Source of the DNA: an uncultured virus (IMG/VR IMGVR_UViG_3300030102_004953)
Taxonomy: Duplodnaviria > Heunggongvirae > Uroviricota > Caudoviricetes
Reading direction: 5' to 3' (one strand)
IMG/VR virus record: IMGVR_UViG_3300030102_004953
DNA: 64,000 nt
Part shown: one piece after another, positions 1-11,300 of the stretch
Layout of the letters: each line of letters opens with the position of its first letter
Position numbering within the stretch: the stretch's first letter is position 1
Notes under the pieces: generated by a model
Databases searched by the model: none
What the model was told of the DNA's origin: nothing
Seen by the model: the letters and a program-made list of their open reading frames with translations, nothing else
Program-made: the position numbers and the translations under genes

Positions 1-570
1 ACCAAACGGAACTCTTTTACCTGATAAACTTCCACTTATTTGTATGTTTACTTCTCGTTCACCTACTCTTGGAATTACCTCTTTTACTAATGTTTCAGAT
101 ACAGATATTTTTGGTGCTCTTAAAAATATAATCTTTTCATTGTTAGGAGCTGCTGGGTCTAATAAAATTTGTGCTTGATATCTTACATTGTAAACACCTT
201 GAAATTCTGGTGGTATTTCTATTCCACCATTTAAATTTGGGTCAGGATTAATCTCACCTAATAATGTAAGTGTAGCTAAACCAGCTGGTGCGTTTTCGTA
301 AACCTCTATAGTTAATCTTCTTGATGTACCCTCTAAGTAATTTCTAATAGGATTTACGTAAATCGGTTCTCCATTAGCATCTACTAATTCATATAGAATA
401 TCCGTTTCTTTTTTAAGAGTATCAGAACCATCTATTAATATAGAAGAACGACCAGTAGGAATTACGGGTGGTAAATCAAGTAAATTAAAGTAGGTATTAT
501 TAGTATCCTCTACAAAAACTTGTACTTGATTTAGATTTTGTTTTTTTACTGTTTTGCGAATTAAAGCCAT
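1..570 (-). CDS. Putative virion structural protein (partial, runs off the left edge)
   Basis: Hand-translated open frame from ATG at 570 (MALIRKTVKKQNLNQVQVFVED...) with no stop to base 1; absent from the ORF track; TATTTAT motif just upstream. Confidence 0.7.
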   Translation of the reverse strand, partial: MALIRKTVKKQNLNQVQVFVEDTNNTYFNLLDLPPVIPTGRSSILIDGSDTLKKETDILYELVDANGEPIYVNPIRNYLEGTSRRLTIEVYENAPAGLATLTLLGEINPDPNLNGGIEIPPEFQGVYNVRYQAQILLDPAAPNNEKIIFLRAPKISVSETLVKEVIPRVGEREVNIQISGSLSGKRVPFG

Positions 571-634
571 AGTTGTAAATAAATATCACTACTTACATAT
601 AATTATTATAAAAGTGTGTATTGGGTGTGTATAT

Positions 635-805
635 ATGAAAAAAAGATATAATTTTACTTTAGATAAAAAAGTAAAACAAAAATTAGAGGAATACTCTAAG
701 GATAACTATACTACAATGTCTGCAGTATTAACTCGTTTAATACTAAGTTTAGATAAGAAACCGACAGGTACTGTAAAATTACCTGCTAAGAGAATCCAAA
801 GTTAA
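635..805 (+). CDS. Ribbon-helix-helix (CopG/Arc-like) DNA-binding protein
   Basis: MKKRYNFTLDKKVKQKLEEYSKDNYTTMSAVLTRLI fits the RHH strand-helix-helix pattern; start moved to the internal ATG at 635. Confidence 0.65.
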   Translation: MKKRYNFTLDKKVKQKLEEYSKDNYTTMSAVLTRLILSLDKKPTGTVKLPAKRIQS

Positions 806-3800
806 TATTACTATAGCCTGATTGTTTCTTGATTTCTAATAGTGTATCTACAGTATCTCTCATTTGTTCGATATGAGATACAATAACAACAAATTGGAAT
901 TGTGTTTTTAGATACTGAAAGAAGTTGTATATAGAGTTTAGGTTATCACTATCCATAGAGCCAAATCCCTCATCTATAGCGAGGAAGTTACCTCTTGGTA
1001 GATTACATACATTTATTAAACCAACTCGGAGAGCGAGTGATGATATGAATCTTTCCATACCACTTGATAACTCAAGAGGCCAGATATTATCATCATCATA
1101 AACAATATGATTGTTGATGGTTTTCCCATCCATTTCGAAAATAATACCAAAATCTACGATTTGAGATAGGATATTGTTCACCTCGCCCTCTATAGTTGGT
1201 AAAGCATCTTGTATTAGTTTATATGGAACACCATCCCTACTAACAGCGCTTAAGTAGTATTGATAAGCACCTACCTTATCTTCTAACTCTTCCATTTCAC
1301 TAATACTCTTTAACAAACCTTTTCTTTTACTATCTAATACTGCTATATTTTTATCAGCATCATATTTTTTACCAGCATATTCCTTAATACCAGATTCTAG
1401 TATACTAATCTCTGTATCACATTCCTCTATTTTTTTCTCTACAATTCTATTGTGTATAATAGATTTTTTTTGTCTTTCAAACTTATCTATATCTTCTAAG
1501 ATATACTTTTTGTTTTGTTTTAAGGATTTAGCTTTTTCTATGATTACTTCTTTGTTATTTGATAGTTTTTGTAATTTTATATTTAAGTTTTCTACTATCT
1601 TTGTTAATGCGTTATACTCATCTTCTTTTAATTCTAAACTATTCACTTTATTTTTTATCTTTTCTATATCCGACAAATATTCTGTTCTCTGCTCTTTATG
1701 TAATTGAATAGATTCAATAGCGTTTTTAGCATCTTTTACAAATGGATTAGTTGTACAAGCATCACAATCTTCATTCCATTTCCAACTTTGTAATTTATCA
1801 ATAGCGCCTTGTTCAACTTGTATTTCTGATTCTAAGGTTAGTATTAACTTTTCGTAATTAAGTAAATTTCTTTTCTCATTTTCAAGTTCAGATAAATCTG
1901 GCTTTGTAATATTAACTTTATTCTTTTTTATTTCGTTTTCTACTTCTTCTATTCTTTCTTCTGTATTAGAAAACTCATCAGCTAAACTTTTAGTTTTTAA
2001 TTTTACATCTTCTAAGTTTTCATTTAGTTCTTCAATATCTTTTACATTATCAATAGGTTTTAATTCTGATACTAACTTAAATCTTTTACTTTCTTCATCA
2101 CTCTTTTCTTCCTCAATCTTTTGTAATTGATTTGTAAAATCTTTTAGTTTTATTTTCTCTGAATCTATTAATGACATTGTTGTAGTTAGCTCATCTTCAA
2201 AGTTAGATTTTTGAAAACTTTTTAATATAGCTGATTCTTCTTTTACTTTCTCAGATGCTAACTGCCATAACTTATCAAACACACCAATACCCATAAATTG
2301 AGCTAATAATTCTTTCTTTTCTTTTTGTGTTTTATCAAGAAATATACCTGAGTTATTCTGAGATGATAATGTTGTTAAAAGAAAATCATCGTAGTTACCA
2401 ATAACATTTTTAATGTTGTTGTTAGTTGTTCTTCTTTGGTCACCATTCATAGATATCATTTGATTTAGTGATTCATCCCACCTAGTAAAATTAACATCTA
2501 CTTTTACGTGTCCATTACGTTGTTTTTTACCTTTTCTTTCAATGTAGTAATCTACACCATCAATTTCTATATTTAGCTTACATCTAAACCTATCTTTTTT
2601 ATTATTCAAAACCATCTCTGCTTTGTAAGCTCTACTACAATTATCAAATAAACAAAACGATAGTGCATCTAACATAGCAGATTTACCACTAGCATTAGGT
2701 GCAAATACTCCAATAATTCCATTTAGTTTAGTAAAGTCAACTACATTGTTTTCTCCATAACTAAACATATTATCAAACTCAAATTTCTTTATCTTCCAAT
2801 TTATATTTCGTTGTACATCTTCTTCTGGTAATACTTGATTTAATTCATCATTGATTTCTTTTATCTTTAGTTCAGTATTATCATCTACAAAGTATTCATC
2901 TTTTACGTAGTTTAAAATTAATTCGTTTTGGTAATCCACATTAGATACATCACCAATGCTTATTTTATTGCCTGTAGAATTATCTGTTATAATACTATCT
3001 ACTTTATATATTTTACTTTCTGATAATTTAGGATTGTCATTTTTTATAATTGATAATACCTTTTTTAATTCTGTATCAGTTGTATTTTTAGAACGTAATC
3101 TTAACCTACCATTTTTTGGAATCAAAGTTGCCCAATCTTCAGTAACAATCTTTCCATCTACTACATCAATAGTTATATGCCCATAATCATTAGGAAGTTC
3201 TTTATGTGTAAATGTACGTGATTCAACGTCCCAAACAGATATTCCGTGTCCTAATAATGCTTCTCCATAGTTTTGTTGTACTAAGGAACCACAATATCTT
3301 ATAATAGGTTTACCACTTGATTTATCATACTCTTGTAATGTTTGCATCTTATGAATATCGCCAAGTAAAACCATATCAAACCCATCCATACTTTCCATCT
3401 TAACTTTACTTGGTAGTTTAAAACCTAAATCTGTTAGTGATTGGTCTACTGTTCCGTGATACAACAATACTTTGGTATCACCCTCTACATTCTCAGCTCT
3501 AAGATAATCTTCTTCTTTATCCCAAACATCCCATACAACAAATGATACATCAGCAAACTTGTAGACACCACTATCTTTAAAGTAATATAGATTTGGATGA
3601 TTTAGATTCTCTACAATCGGTGTCAATACATCTAATCTATGCTGATTATTTAGATTACAATCGTGATTACCTGCGATTATTATTGTTGGAACTATATCAG
3701 ATAAGTTTTTAAATAACCTCGACAACTGGTCTACTAACTCAGGCGACATCTCTGTTTTACTATGTGCTATATCACCACCAATATAAACAACACTATCTTC

Positions 3801-3950
3801 AGGTTGTTTTTTTATCTCTTCATAAAGTTTATTGAATACTAATTCAAATTCTTTATGTCTTTTAAGATTTCTTATTTGTATATCTGATATATGATATATT
3901 CTTTTTAACTTATCTATTGAAGTATCAATAACTCTTGTTTCGTTTTTCAA
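786..3950 (-). CDS. Fused SbcD/Mre11 nuclease - SbcC/Rad50 ATPase (T4 gp47+gp46-like)
   Basis: N-terminal metallophosphoesterase motifs (SDIQ, GGD, GNHD, GDIH); Walker A APNASGKS, coiled coil with CDAC hook, signature LSSGME, Walker B FLAIDE, H-loop VSH. Confidence 0.92.
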   Translation of the reverse strand: MKNETRVIDTSIDKLKRIYHISDIQIRNLKRHKEFELVFNKLYEEIKKQPEDSVVYIGGDIAHSKTEMSPELVDQLSRLFKNLSDIVPTIIIAGNHDCNLNNQHRLDVLTPIVENLNHPNLYYFKDSGVYKFADVSFVVWDVWDKEEDYLRAENVEGDTKVLLYHGTVDQSLTDLGFKLPSKVKMESMDGFDMVLLGDIHKMQTLQEYDKSSGKPIIRYCGSLVQQNYGEALLGHGISVWDVESRTFTHKELPNDYGHITIDVVDGKIVTEDWATLIPKNGRLRLRSKNTTDTELKKVLSIIKNDNPKLSESKIYKVDSIITDNSTGNKISIGDVSNVDYQNELILNYVKDEYFVDDNTELKIKEINDELNQVLPEEDVQRNINWKIKKFEFDNMFSYGENNVVDFTKLNGIIGVFAPNASGKSAMLDALSFCLFDNCSRAYKAEMVLNNKKDRFRCKLNIEIDGVDYYIERKGKKQRNGHVKVDVNFTRWDESLNQMISMNGDQRRTTNNNIKNVIGNYDDFLLTTLSSQNNSGIFLDKTQKEKKELLAQFMGIGVFDKLWQLASEKVKEESAILKSFQKSNFEDELTTTMSLIDSEKIKLKDFTNQLQKIEEEKSDEESKRFKLVSELKPIDNVKDIEELNENLEDVKLKTKSLADEFSNTEERIEEVENEIKKNKVNITKPDLSELENEKRNLLNYEKLILTLESEIQVEQGAIDKLQSWKWNEDCDACTTNPFVKDAKNAIESIQLHKEQRTEYLSDIEKIKNKVNSLELKEDEYNALTKIVENLNIKLQKLSNNKEVIIEKAKSLKQNKKYILEDIDKFERQKKSIIHNRIVEKKIEECDTEISILESGIKEYAGKKYDADKNIAVLDSKRKGLLKSISEMEELEDKVGAYQYYLSAVSRDGVPYKLIQDALPTIEGEVNNILSQIVDFGIIFEMDGKTINNHIVYDDDNIWPLELSSGMERFISSLALRVGLINVCNLPRGNFLAIDEGFGSMDSDNLNSIYNFFQYLKTQFQFVVIVSHIEQMRDTVDTLLEIKKQSGYSNINFGFS

Positions 3951-4881
3951 AACCGCTTCCTTCTAACTTTGATTTAATGATATCATTAAAAGTTAGTTTA
4001 TTTGTATTATCTATTTTCTCGGATATTTTGTTGTACCCTAATTCATTAGGATCATCTTTATCCATCTTTACCATTTTAGTTTGTATACCATAAGATTCTA
4101 AGTCTCTACTAAGTCTTAGAGAATCTACCTTAGCATCACCATCTAAAACAATGTAAGCTTCTTTTACTTTTTTATCAAGTAAAGCTAACATCAATTCTTT
4201 TGATATAACCTTACCTAACAATGGTATAGCATTTCTTTTTATTGTCATAGCATCAAATACACCCTCACATAAGATAATTGGTTCTTCCCAATTAATATAC
4301 ATTTCAAAACAAATGATATTCTTACTTACAGGTGGGTTCTTGTACTTCATACCACGATCGTATAAATCTCTAGCTATAAAATAATTTAATCTACCATTTT
4401 TATCATAGGATGGTATAATAATTCTATCTGAATATTCTCCACTCTCACAGTAACCAACACCATATCTGATTATATCGTTATTGTCAAATCCTCTTTCTTT
4501 TAGAAAGTTTATACATCTTTTTTCTAATGGTGTGTTAAATGTATCGTAGTTTAATCTTTTAAATTCTTTTGGTAGGCTTACCTTTATCTTTTGATTTTTA
4601 GATGTCTTTACAACATAGTAATCATCTTGTTCGTTTAGATATTCTTTTAAATCACTCCAATCAGATTGAGATACACCAACTGCTTTAAATAACTGATAAA
4701 AGTTATGTCCACCTTGATTTGATACCCAACAATGCCACTTTTGACTTTTGATGTTTATTTGTAATTTAGGTTTATGATGAGTTATGAATGGTGACCAGAA
4801 CATATACTCATCTGTCTTTTTTAATTTAGTATATGTTGAACCAATCGCTCGAGATAAAATATTGAGTATTGTATTATCCAT
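3925..4881 (-). CDS. DnaG-type DNA primase
   Basis: TOPRIM motifs CEGVFD and LDGD, KYKNP, DPNE; N-terminal region resembles a degenerate zinc-binding domain. Confidence 0.88.
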   Translation of the reverse strand: MDNTILNILSRAIGSTYTKLKKTDEYMFWSPFITHHKPKLQINIKSQKWHCWVSNQGGHNFYQLFKAVGVSQSDWSDLKEYLNEQDDYYVVKTSKNQKIKVSLPKEFKRLNYDTFNTPLEKRCINFLKERGFDNNDIIRYGVGYCESGEYSDRIIIPSYDKNGRLNYFIARDLYDRGMKYKNPPVSKNIICFEMYINWEEPIILCEGVFDAMTIKRNAIPLLGKVISKELMLALLDKKVKEAYIVLDGDAKVDSLRLSRDLESYGIQTKMVKMDKDDPNELGYNKISEKIDNTNKLTFNDIIKSKLEGSGFEKRNKSY

Positions 4882-5209
4882 CTAATAACTTTAGTAGGTC
4901 TTTAAATTCTAAAACTGCGTAACGTTTACTTCTGTTTCTTTTAAATACCACTAAAGGTGTATGTTCATTTGCATTTTCTTCTGCTTGTTCAATCGCTGAC
5001 CATATGTTAAGTTTCTCGTGAGCTTTACACTCTACAGAGAAAGGAAATAACTTTCTAGCAGCTGGTGATAATAATATATCTTCACCACTAGCACCCATAC
5101 TTGTTGAACGAACATCATCTTCTTCTAACGAAGAAAATTTTTCAAGTATAAGCTCTTTTATTTCTTTTTGTAGTCTACGACCTTTTGCTTTTGCTGATTG
5201 AGTTTTCAA
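4874..5209 (-). CDS. Holliday junction resolvase-like PD-(D/E)XK nuclease
   Basis: SAKAKGRRLQ...GEDI...SVECK pattern typical of phage Hjc-like resolvases. Confidence 0.75.
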   Translation of the reverse strand: MKTQSAKAKGRRLQKEIKELILEKFSSLEEDDVRSTSMGASGEDILLSPAARKLFPFSVECKAHEKLNIWSAIEQAEENANEHTPLVVFKRNRSKRYAVLEFKDLLKLLDG

Positions 5210-5276
5210 TAATGGTATTATTTTCTTCTTAAATCTTTAAAACTTTTTCCAGTAAATAGAGTTTAAAAACCTGATA

Positions 5277-5663
5277 TTAAATTTTATTTTTCCACCTACG
5301 ATATTCTTTTAATCCCCACGCCTCTGCCTGTTCTTCGAACTTATTATCATCGTGAAAATCACCACCTTTTTGTATAGCTAATTCACCAGCTATCTCATAT
5401 TCTCTTTGATATCTAGCCTTACCTAATTTTTTTCTATCTAATGCGTGTTTGATTTCGTGTAGAACTGTTACTAAAAAATCTTTCATTGTTGGATATGATG
5501 GTTTTAGATTTATCGTATCTGATATCCAATCATAATCTGCTTTATTATTACCACGCATCTTACCAAATCTTACCTTTGATTTTAGTTTATATGCTTTTAC
5601 TAAACTCTTTGCAGTTTCTAAGTAATCAATTCTCTCAAGAAGTAGTGATTTTAATTTTATCAT
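5277..5663 (-). CDS. HEXXH zinc metallopeptidase-like protein with MIKLKxLLxE leader
   Basis: VLHEIKH plus downstream FEEQA. Confidence 0.65.
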   Translation of the reverse strand: MIKLKSLLLERIDYLETAKSLVKAYKLKSKVRFGKMRGNNKADYDWISDTINLKPSYPTMKDFLVTVLHEIKHALDRKKLGKARYQREYEIAGELAIQKGGDFHDDNKFEEQAEAWGLKEYRRWKNKI

Positions 5664-6640
5664 ACATCGAACCTCACTACAAAATTCAACATCAAATCTT
5701 TATCATTTTTAATTGGATGAGCTAATTTACCAATAGCCATCAATTCGTTTTTATCGTTATACAATCCTATTGTACTTATGTAGGGTTCAAATAAACTACT
5801 TGTAGCCAAGTTAATAGATTCAGAGGCAGCACTGTAACTACCACTAAAAGAACCTGTACCATTTGTTGGGTTATCACCTGGTGGAAAAAATCTCTGTACA
5901 AAAGAAGTTGGTAAGCCTGATGGTATTTCGTGTCTACCACCTCTATTTTTAGCTATACTAATATTAGTTGTACCATTAAATTCATTTCTATCTACGTAAC
6001 AATTATACTCATATTCATAATGTGTTTGAGTAGCTCTAAAGTCTACTTCAAAACCATCACTACCTACGTCAGAACCTACTACAGAATAAGAACCTGTATC
6101 TGTTATTACCATTACACCGTGTGAGTAGAATATGTTACCAACAGAACCTGTCGCTCCCGAGGCGAATGATGATGAGTTATCGTTATCGTAAATATTTCCT
6201 TTACCATCATCTTTTAAAGTATATGTTGTAGCACCACCATTGTCTGTAATTGTTACAGAGCCTGGCTTTATTTCTTCACCAAATAATTGTTGTGGAATTG
6301 TTATGACTTGAGCTGTACCGTGTAAAGTCATTTTTTTATCAGCTACATTACCAATACCATAAGAATTGTAAGGTTCATCTTTTCTAGCATAGTATAATTG
6401 ATTTATGGTAAACCAACTTGGTAAAGCATAATATGTTGCGAATGGTTTGTTATCTGGTGATGGAGTTCCTTCAAAAAAACTAGCAGAATCTGCTGAGCCC
6501 GATGAAAATATATGGGCTGAACCACTCTCTACAGAAAACCCAAAGACACCACTACCACTATCCATATCAGTAACAGTGAATTGTTTATGGGTCTTAAACG
6601 ATTCTACTGAGGTATCACCGTCTTTGAAAGTCTTAAACAT
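5660..6640 (-). CDS. Baseplate/tail structural protein
   Basis: C-terminal TIGLYNDKNELMAIGKL, resembling the tail-collar/fibre attachment (DUF3751-like) motif; paralog of 6651-7679. Confidence 0.65.
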   Translation of the reverse strand: MFKTFKDGDTSVESFKTHKQFTVTDMDSGSGVFGFSVESGSAHIFSSGSADSASFFEGTPSPDNKPFATYYALPSWFTINQLYYARKDEPYNSYGIGNVADKKMTLHGTAQVITIPQQLFGEEIKPGSVTITDNGGATTYTLKDDGKGNIYDNDNSSSFASGATGSVGNIFYSHGVMVITDTGSYSVVGSDVGSDGFEVDFRATQTHYEYEYNCYVDRNEFNGTTNISIAKNRGGRHEIPSGLPTSFVQRFFPPGDNPTNGTGSFSGSYSAASESINLATSSLFEPYISTIGLYNDKNELMAIGKLAHPIKNDKDLMLNFVVRFDV

Positions 6641-6650
6641 ATGACTCCTT

Positions 6651-7679
6651 TTAGAAGTCTAACTTAACTTTGATTATAGCTTCTCTACTAAATGATTTTA
6701 AAAGCGGTTTACTTAATTTAGCTACAGCCAATAGTTCGTTGTTATCATTATACAATCCAACTGTAGTTACATAAACCTTTGGATCGTTTTGCATAGAACT
6801 AACAGTTAAACTACCATCTGACTGAGTAAAGAAAGTTGGATTAGTACTAAAGTTATACTTCTTATTAGTTACTCTACAGAAGTAATGTGTAGTACTTAAT
6901 TGTTCTTCTCTTCTAGCTACAAAGTTTGCAGAGCGTGATACAGCTGCAAAAAGTTTTTGTGAGTTGTTATGAGCAGCGTTTGAACCAGTATTAGTACCTA
7001 ATGCAAGATATCCTTGGTCTAATTTCTGTCCATTAAGAACAATAATACCCATATCAGGATAAAATAATCCGTAAGCACCATCGGTTGTCTCACTAGCAGC
7101 CGCTGTATTTGTTACAGCATCACCACTTGCTATAGTACCACTAACAACATTAAACACTCTACCACCTTGATTGACAGTTGGATTTGTGGTTGCTCCACTA
7201 TCATCAATCAAACTTATCTTTTTAGCAGCACTACCACTTAGATGAAGTTCCCAATTACCTGGATCCATCTTTTCTCTCATACGAGCTCTAGCCATCGATA
7301 TAACGTAAACGTGTTTTCTATCTTTAGATGGTGTAAAAGTAAACTTATCATCATTTGGTGCCAACAATAAGTTTCTAAACTGAGAGTAGACAGCAGCTGA
7401 AGGTCTATCTGTATAAGAAGAACCTAAAACTCCAATACTACCACTTCCATCGTAGTGTCCAAATGCTATTGAAAACTGAACTTCAGCTTCACTATCAGTT
7501 GCAGGACTTGTTTTGTAAACATCGTAAAAATATTTACCATTACTACTACTTTGAGCAGAAGATGTAAAGAATGTAGAAAGTGTTCCGACTCCACCACTAA
7601 ACATTCCTGAACTTAAAGTTTGTTGAACTTCTGTTACAACATCTTCTTCATTATTAAATCCGGTGTATACTTCAGCCAT
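6651..7679 (-). CDS. Baseplate/tail structural protein
   Basis: C-terminal TTVGLYNDNNELLAVAKL; located in the baseplate module. Confidence 0.65.
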   Translation of the reverse strand: MAEVYTGFNNEEDVVTEVQQTLSSGMFSGGVGTLSTFFTSSAQSSSNGKYFYDVYKTSPATDSEAEVQFSIAFGHYDGSGSIGVLGSSYTDRPSAAVYSQFRNLLLAPNDDKFTFTPSKDRKHVYVISMARARMREKMDPGNWELHLSGSAAKKISLIDDSGATTNPTVNQGGRVFNVVSGTIASGDAVTNTAAASETTDGAYGLFYPDMGIIVLNGQKLDQGYLALGTNTGSNAAHNNSQKLFAAVSRSANFVARREEQLSTTHYFCRVTNKKYNFSTNPTFFTQSDGSLTVSSMQNDPKVYVTTVGLYNDNNELLAVAKLSKPLLKSFSREAIIKVKLDF

Positions 7680-7688
7680 TTTTTACTC

Positions 7689-8321
7689 CTAACTATTTGC
7701 CGTTACGGTAACTGTGATTGTTTTAGAAGCGCCTGAATCATTACCGAATATTGTCATTTGAGTTGTTATAGTAGATGTAGTAGCTCTTGAAATCACGTTA
7801 ACAGTTTTACCAACAACTGTAGTGCTTCTCTTTCTATCTGCATCACTCAAGAATACTGGTACCGTACCACCTCTTTGTTCAACACCACCACCAGCTGCGA
7901 CAAATAAATCTGCTGCATCTGCGTTGTGTAATATAAAGGTGTATCCATTCTTTCCATCGTTACCATTTGTTGTTGATGGTGATATAGTTTGTTGTTCGTT
8001 TGCAGTTGAAAAAGAAAGTGCAGAACTTGCCAAAGTAATAACTGGTAATTTAACAGTATTCTTTGGTAAGGTTACTAACTTATACCTCATAATCTGATTC
8101 TCATCAGGTATAGCTTCTATCAACGGCATATTTTCTATCGCCGCACCATATGAGTTAGTACCATCTGGATGAGATACATCATACAATGCGTAATCAATCT
8201 CATCATCACCAAGTGCAAACTTAGTAATTTTAAATTCATTATTTCCTCTCGCTAGTAACTCCCTACCCTTTTTGGTTAGGATAGCATCTATCGTCTGCGA
8301 TGTGTTATCAAGAAATCCCAT
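7689..8321 (-). CDS. Baseplate/tail structural protein
   Basis: ILTKKGRELLA...ITKFALGD resembles the N-terminal half of the P2 gpH/DUF3751 domain. Confidence 0.6.
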   Translation of the reverse strand: MGFLDNTSQTIDAILTKKGRELLARGNNEFKITKFALGDDEIDYALYDVSHPDGTNSYGAAIENMPLIEAIPDENQIMRYKLVTLPKNTVKLPVITLASSALSFSTANEQQTISPSTTNGNDGKNGYTFILHNADAADLFVAAGGGVEQRGGTVPVFLSDADRKRSTTVVGKTVNVISRATTSTITTQMTIFGNDSGASKTITVTVTANS

Positions 8322-8389
8322 TTTTTGCTCCTAAAATAATATTCGGTAATATAACTATTTCTCTACTATAAATATACTTTATCATTAAA

Positions 8390-11300
8390 TTATTCAATTC
8401 TAAGTTTCGATTTACCAGGTTCTTGTGATACTATACGTAATGGTGTTGTATCATTCGTTTCTACGGGATTAAAATCACTTGAATATGAGTTTAAAACAGT
8501 TGTTTTATTTGTTTGTTTACATCCCTCAAACATCAAGTTAGCTAATGCGCTAAACTGGTCATATTTTGTATCAAAAGTACTTCTGTTAAATGATGAAGAA
8601 TATGCGTAATACTTATTATGAACCCCTAATGAAGCACTTAATGAACTACTATAAAAGTACTTAGCTTCTAAATTATGAGCTGATAATCTTGAACCTGTTA
8701 ACTGCGGTTGTAATACTTCTTCAAATACATATTCAGGACCACCTTTAGTTATTGAAGCTGTACCATAAGTATTACCCCAATATCCTTTATGTGAACCAGT
8801 ATAGTTTAATTTAACAACCGATGGTACATTGAATATCTCCGTAGAGCCTGATATAATACCCTCGTTATCACTTACACTACCTGTTAAAATTAATGTAGCA
8901 TCTTTTGCATATTGTGATGCATCAATATGTCCATTAAAGTTAGGTTCTTCAAAACTCATTGAAGTAGTAAGTTTTTGTTTACTTCTTTCGAGTATATTCT
9001 GTTTTATTACAAGCCCATACTCAGCTTTAGCTCTGGCTGGCATCAACTTATCTATTTGTTTAAAAATTATCTGGTCAAAATACTTTATCAACCTCATATA
9101 ATCCCAAAAACTATTTGGTGATGAATACTTTTGAAAGTAAGCATTTCTTATCTCGTGTAGTTTTCTATATCTTACATCGTTTATATCTCTTGGGTCACCT
9201 ATGTATTGGTTGAAATCTAAATCAGCTACAGAACGAATAATATCATCATCTATAACATCCGTAGGTGAAAAGAATATACCAACCTTTTGTGAATCAGTTG
9301 GTGAAGTGTCTAACAAACTTTTCTCTGCTCTCTTAGCTGGAAAGCCAGGTATGTGTGGTGATAAACCACCATCTTCTAAACTACTACTTATCACCCTTAC
9401 TTTTACATTTGATTCTTTCTTAGGTCCTACATTTGGAACTAACATCTTATCCTCATCTTCTACAGATGCGTAGAAGTTACCTGTAAACCCTTTAGCACTA
9501 CCTGTTACATTTGTTAGATATATGTCAGCGCTCTTATCTTGTAATTGTGCATTAGCAGCATTACTTAAATCTTTATTATCATCAAAACTTAATCTGAATA
9601 GTAAATCGGTGTACGAAGCTGATGGATGATTTCCATTATATGATTTTGGTGAACTAACGTGGTTGTTAAATGCTGACATCGTAAGTGGTGTAGCCCAATA
9701 TCTAAACTCCATCATAGAACCTGATAAGTAATCACCAAAATTAGTAGTTCTGTTACCTATTCTGACAGTATCTGCACTTGAGTAAGAATCATTATAAGAT
9801 GATGATGCACTACCACTTATAGACATAGTTACTTCTGAAGAATAATTTATAACACTTCTACCAGCATCATATTTTTTAGCAGCCAAAGTAAACTTAGTAA
9901 CGTGTGCTTTAGAACCACTATCGGTTGCAAGAGAACCACCACTACCAGATTCTCTTGATAACATTACAGAATAAAATTCACCATCATAGAAAGGCATTGT
10001 ACTTGTAGACATTGATACAAATCCATTTGAGCCTGATAATTTAAAATCTATAAATGCAACGTTGTCTGTAGTTGTATCATCATCTCTTATACTAATACCC
10101 CATTTTTCATCACTACCACTTAGAGCTTGTACTAAGTTTTGATTAGAAGCCGATACAGAATTAAATCTAAATTCAACTGTATCTGGCTTTCTACCTGTTA
10201 AAGTATTGTTATCAAAGAGTGTCTCTATATGTTGCCCACCTCTAAAGTCTAAGGATTTTGTAAACTTTCTTTTTATATTAAAGGTTTGAACTTGTCCTGG
10301 TAATGTAGGTCCTCCATACTCTCTAATATCAAGTATAGTAGATGGTATACCAAAAATATTAACCAAACTACGTAATGATTTTACAGTACCCTTTGTCTTT
10401 AAAAAGTATGGTATATTATTTAATAATCTTCTTTGTATCTTCTTACTCATATCCTCAGTAGAATCAACTGAGTATGTAGTGTATGCACTATCTGAGCCTG
10501 ATTGATATTGTCCGTATTTGTATTTAGGTAAATCGTCTAAATCTTTTCCATTAAATAAATCATAACCAAAACTTTTTCCAATATCTTGAAGTAAATCATT
10601 TGAATATCCTTTTTTAGAATCATCAAATGTTTCGTATAGTTTGGGAATGCTTTCTATATATGTGTAAATCTCATCATACATCTCACCAACCATATCTACA
10701 AATTTTAAAAAGTCTCCATTAGAATCATCTTCTCTAATATACTTTGGAAGTCTACTTACAAGTCTATTTTCATTACCATCATCATAGGTAGATGCACTAT
10801 ATATTTGTCCTGTTCTATCTGAAACACTACCATACCAAGTTGTAAATGCAGAGTTTGATGATGTTATAGGAACATAAGGACTAGCAAATGTACCTGCACC
10901 AGTCTTAGGCCACGATGCATCATATCTCGATGTACCTAAAAATTCAGAACCACTTTGTATAGATGAACTTTCATTGTAAAGATATTTTTCGTATGGTGAA
11001 AACCCTAACTTAAATTCTCTTATTTGTCTATGATACGAATTTAATTCTTTAGCTCTTGAGCCTGTACTTGAGTTCGTAGCCAAAGAAGCTGATAAAGTAC
11101 TTAGTGATTCTATTTTATCAAATTTATACTTTGCATTTTCTAATTTTGTTCTAGCGGAACCAAACACTGTAAAGTTATCGTAATGTTCAAAATCAATATT
11201 TAAATCAGCTGAATCTAAACTTGCACTTAATATATCAGTTCTGAGTTGATTAGATACATTCGTATCCGTAGTTATTAACTCATTTAAATTTTTATATTCT

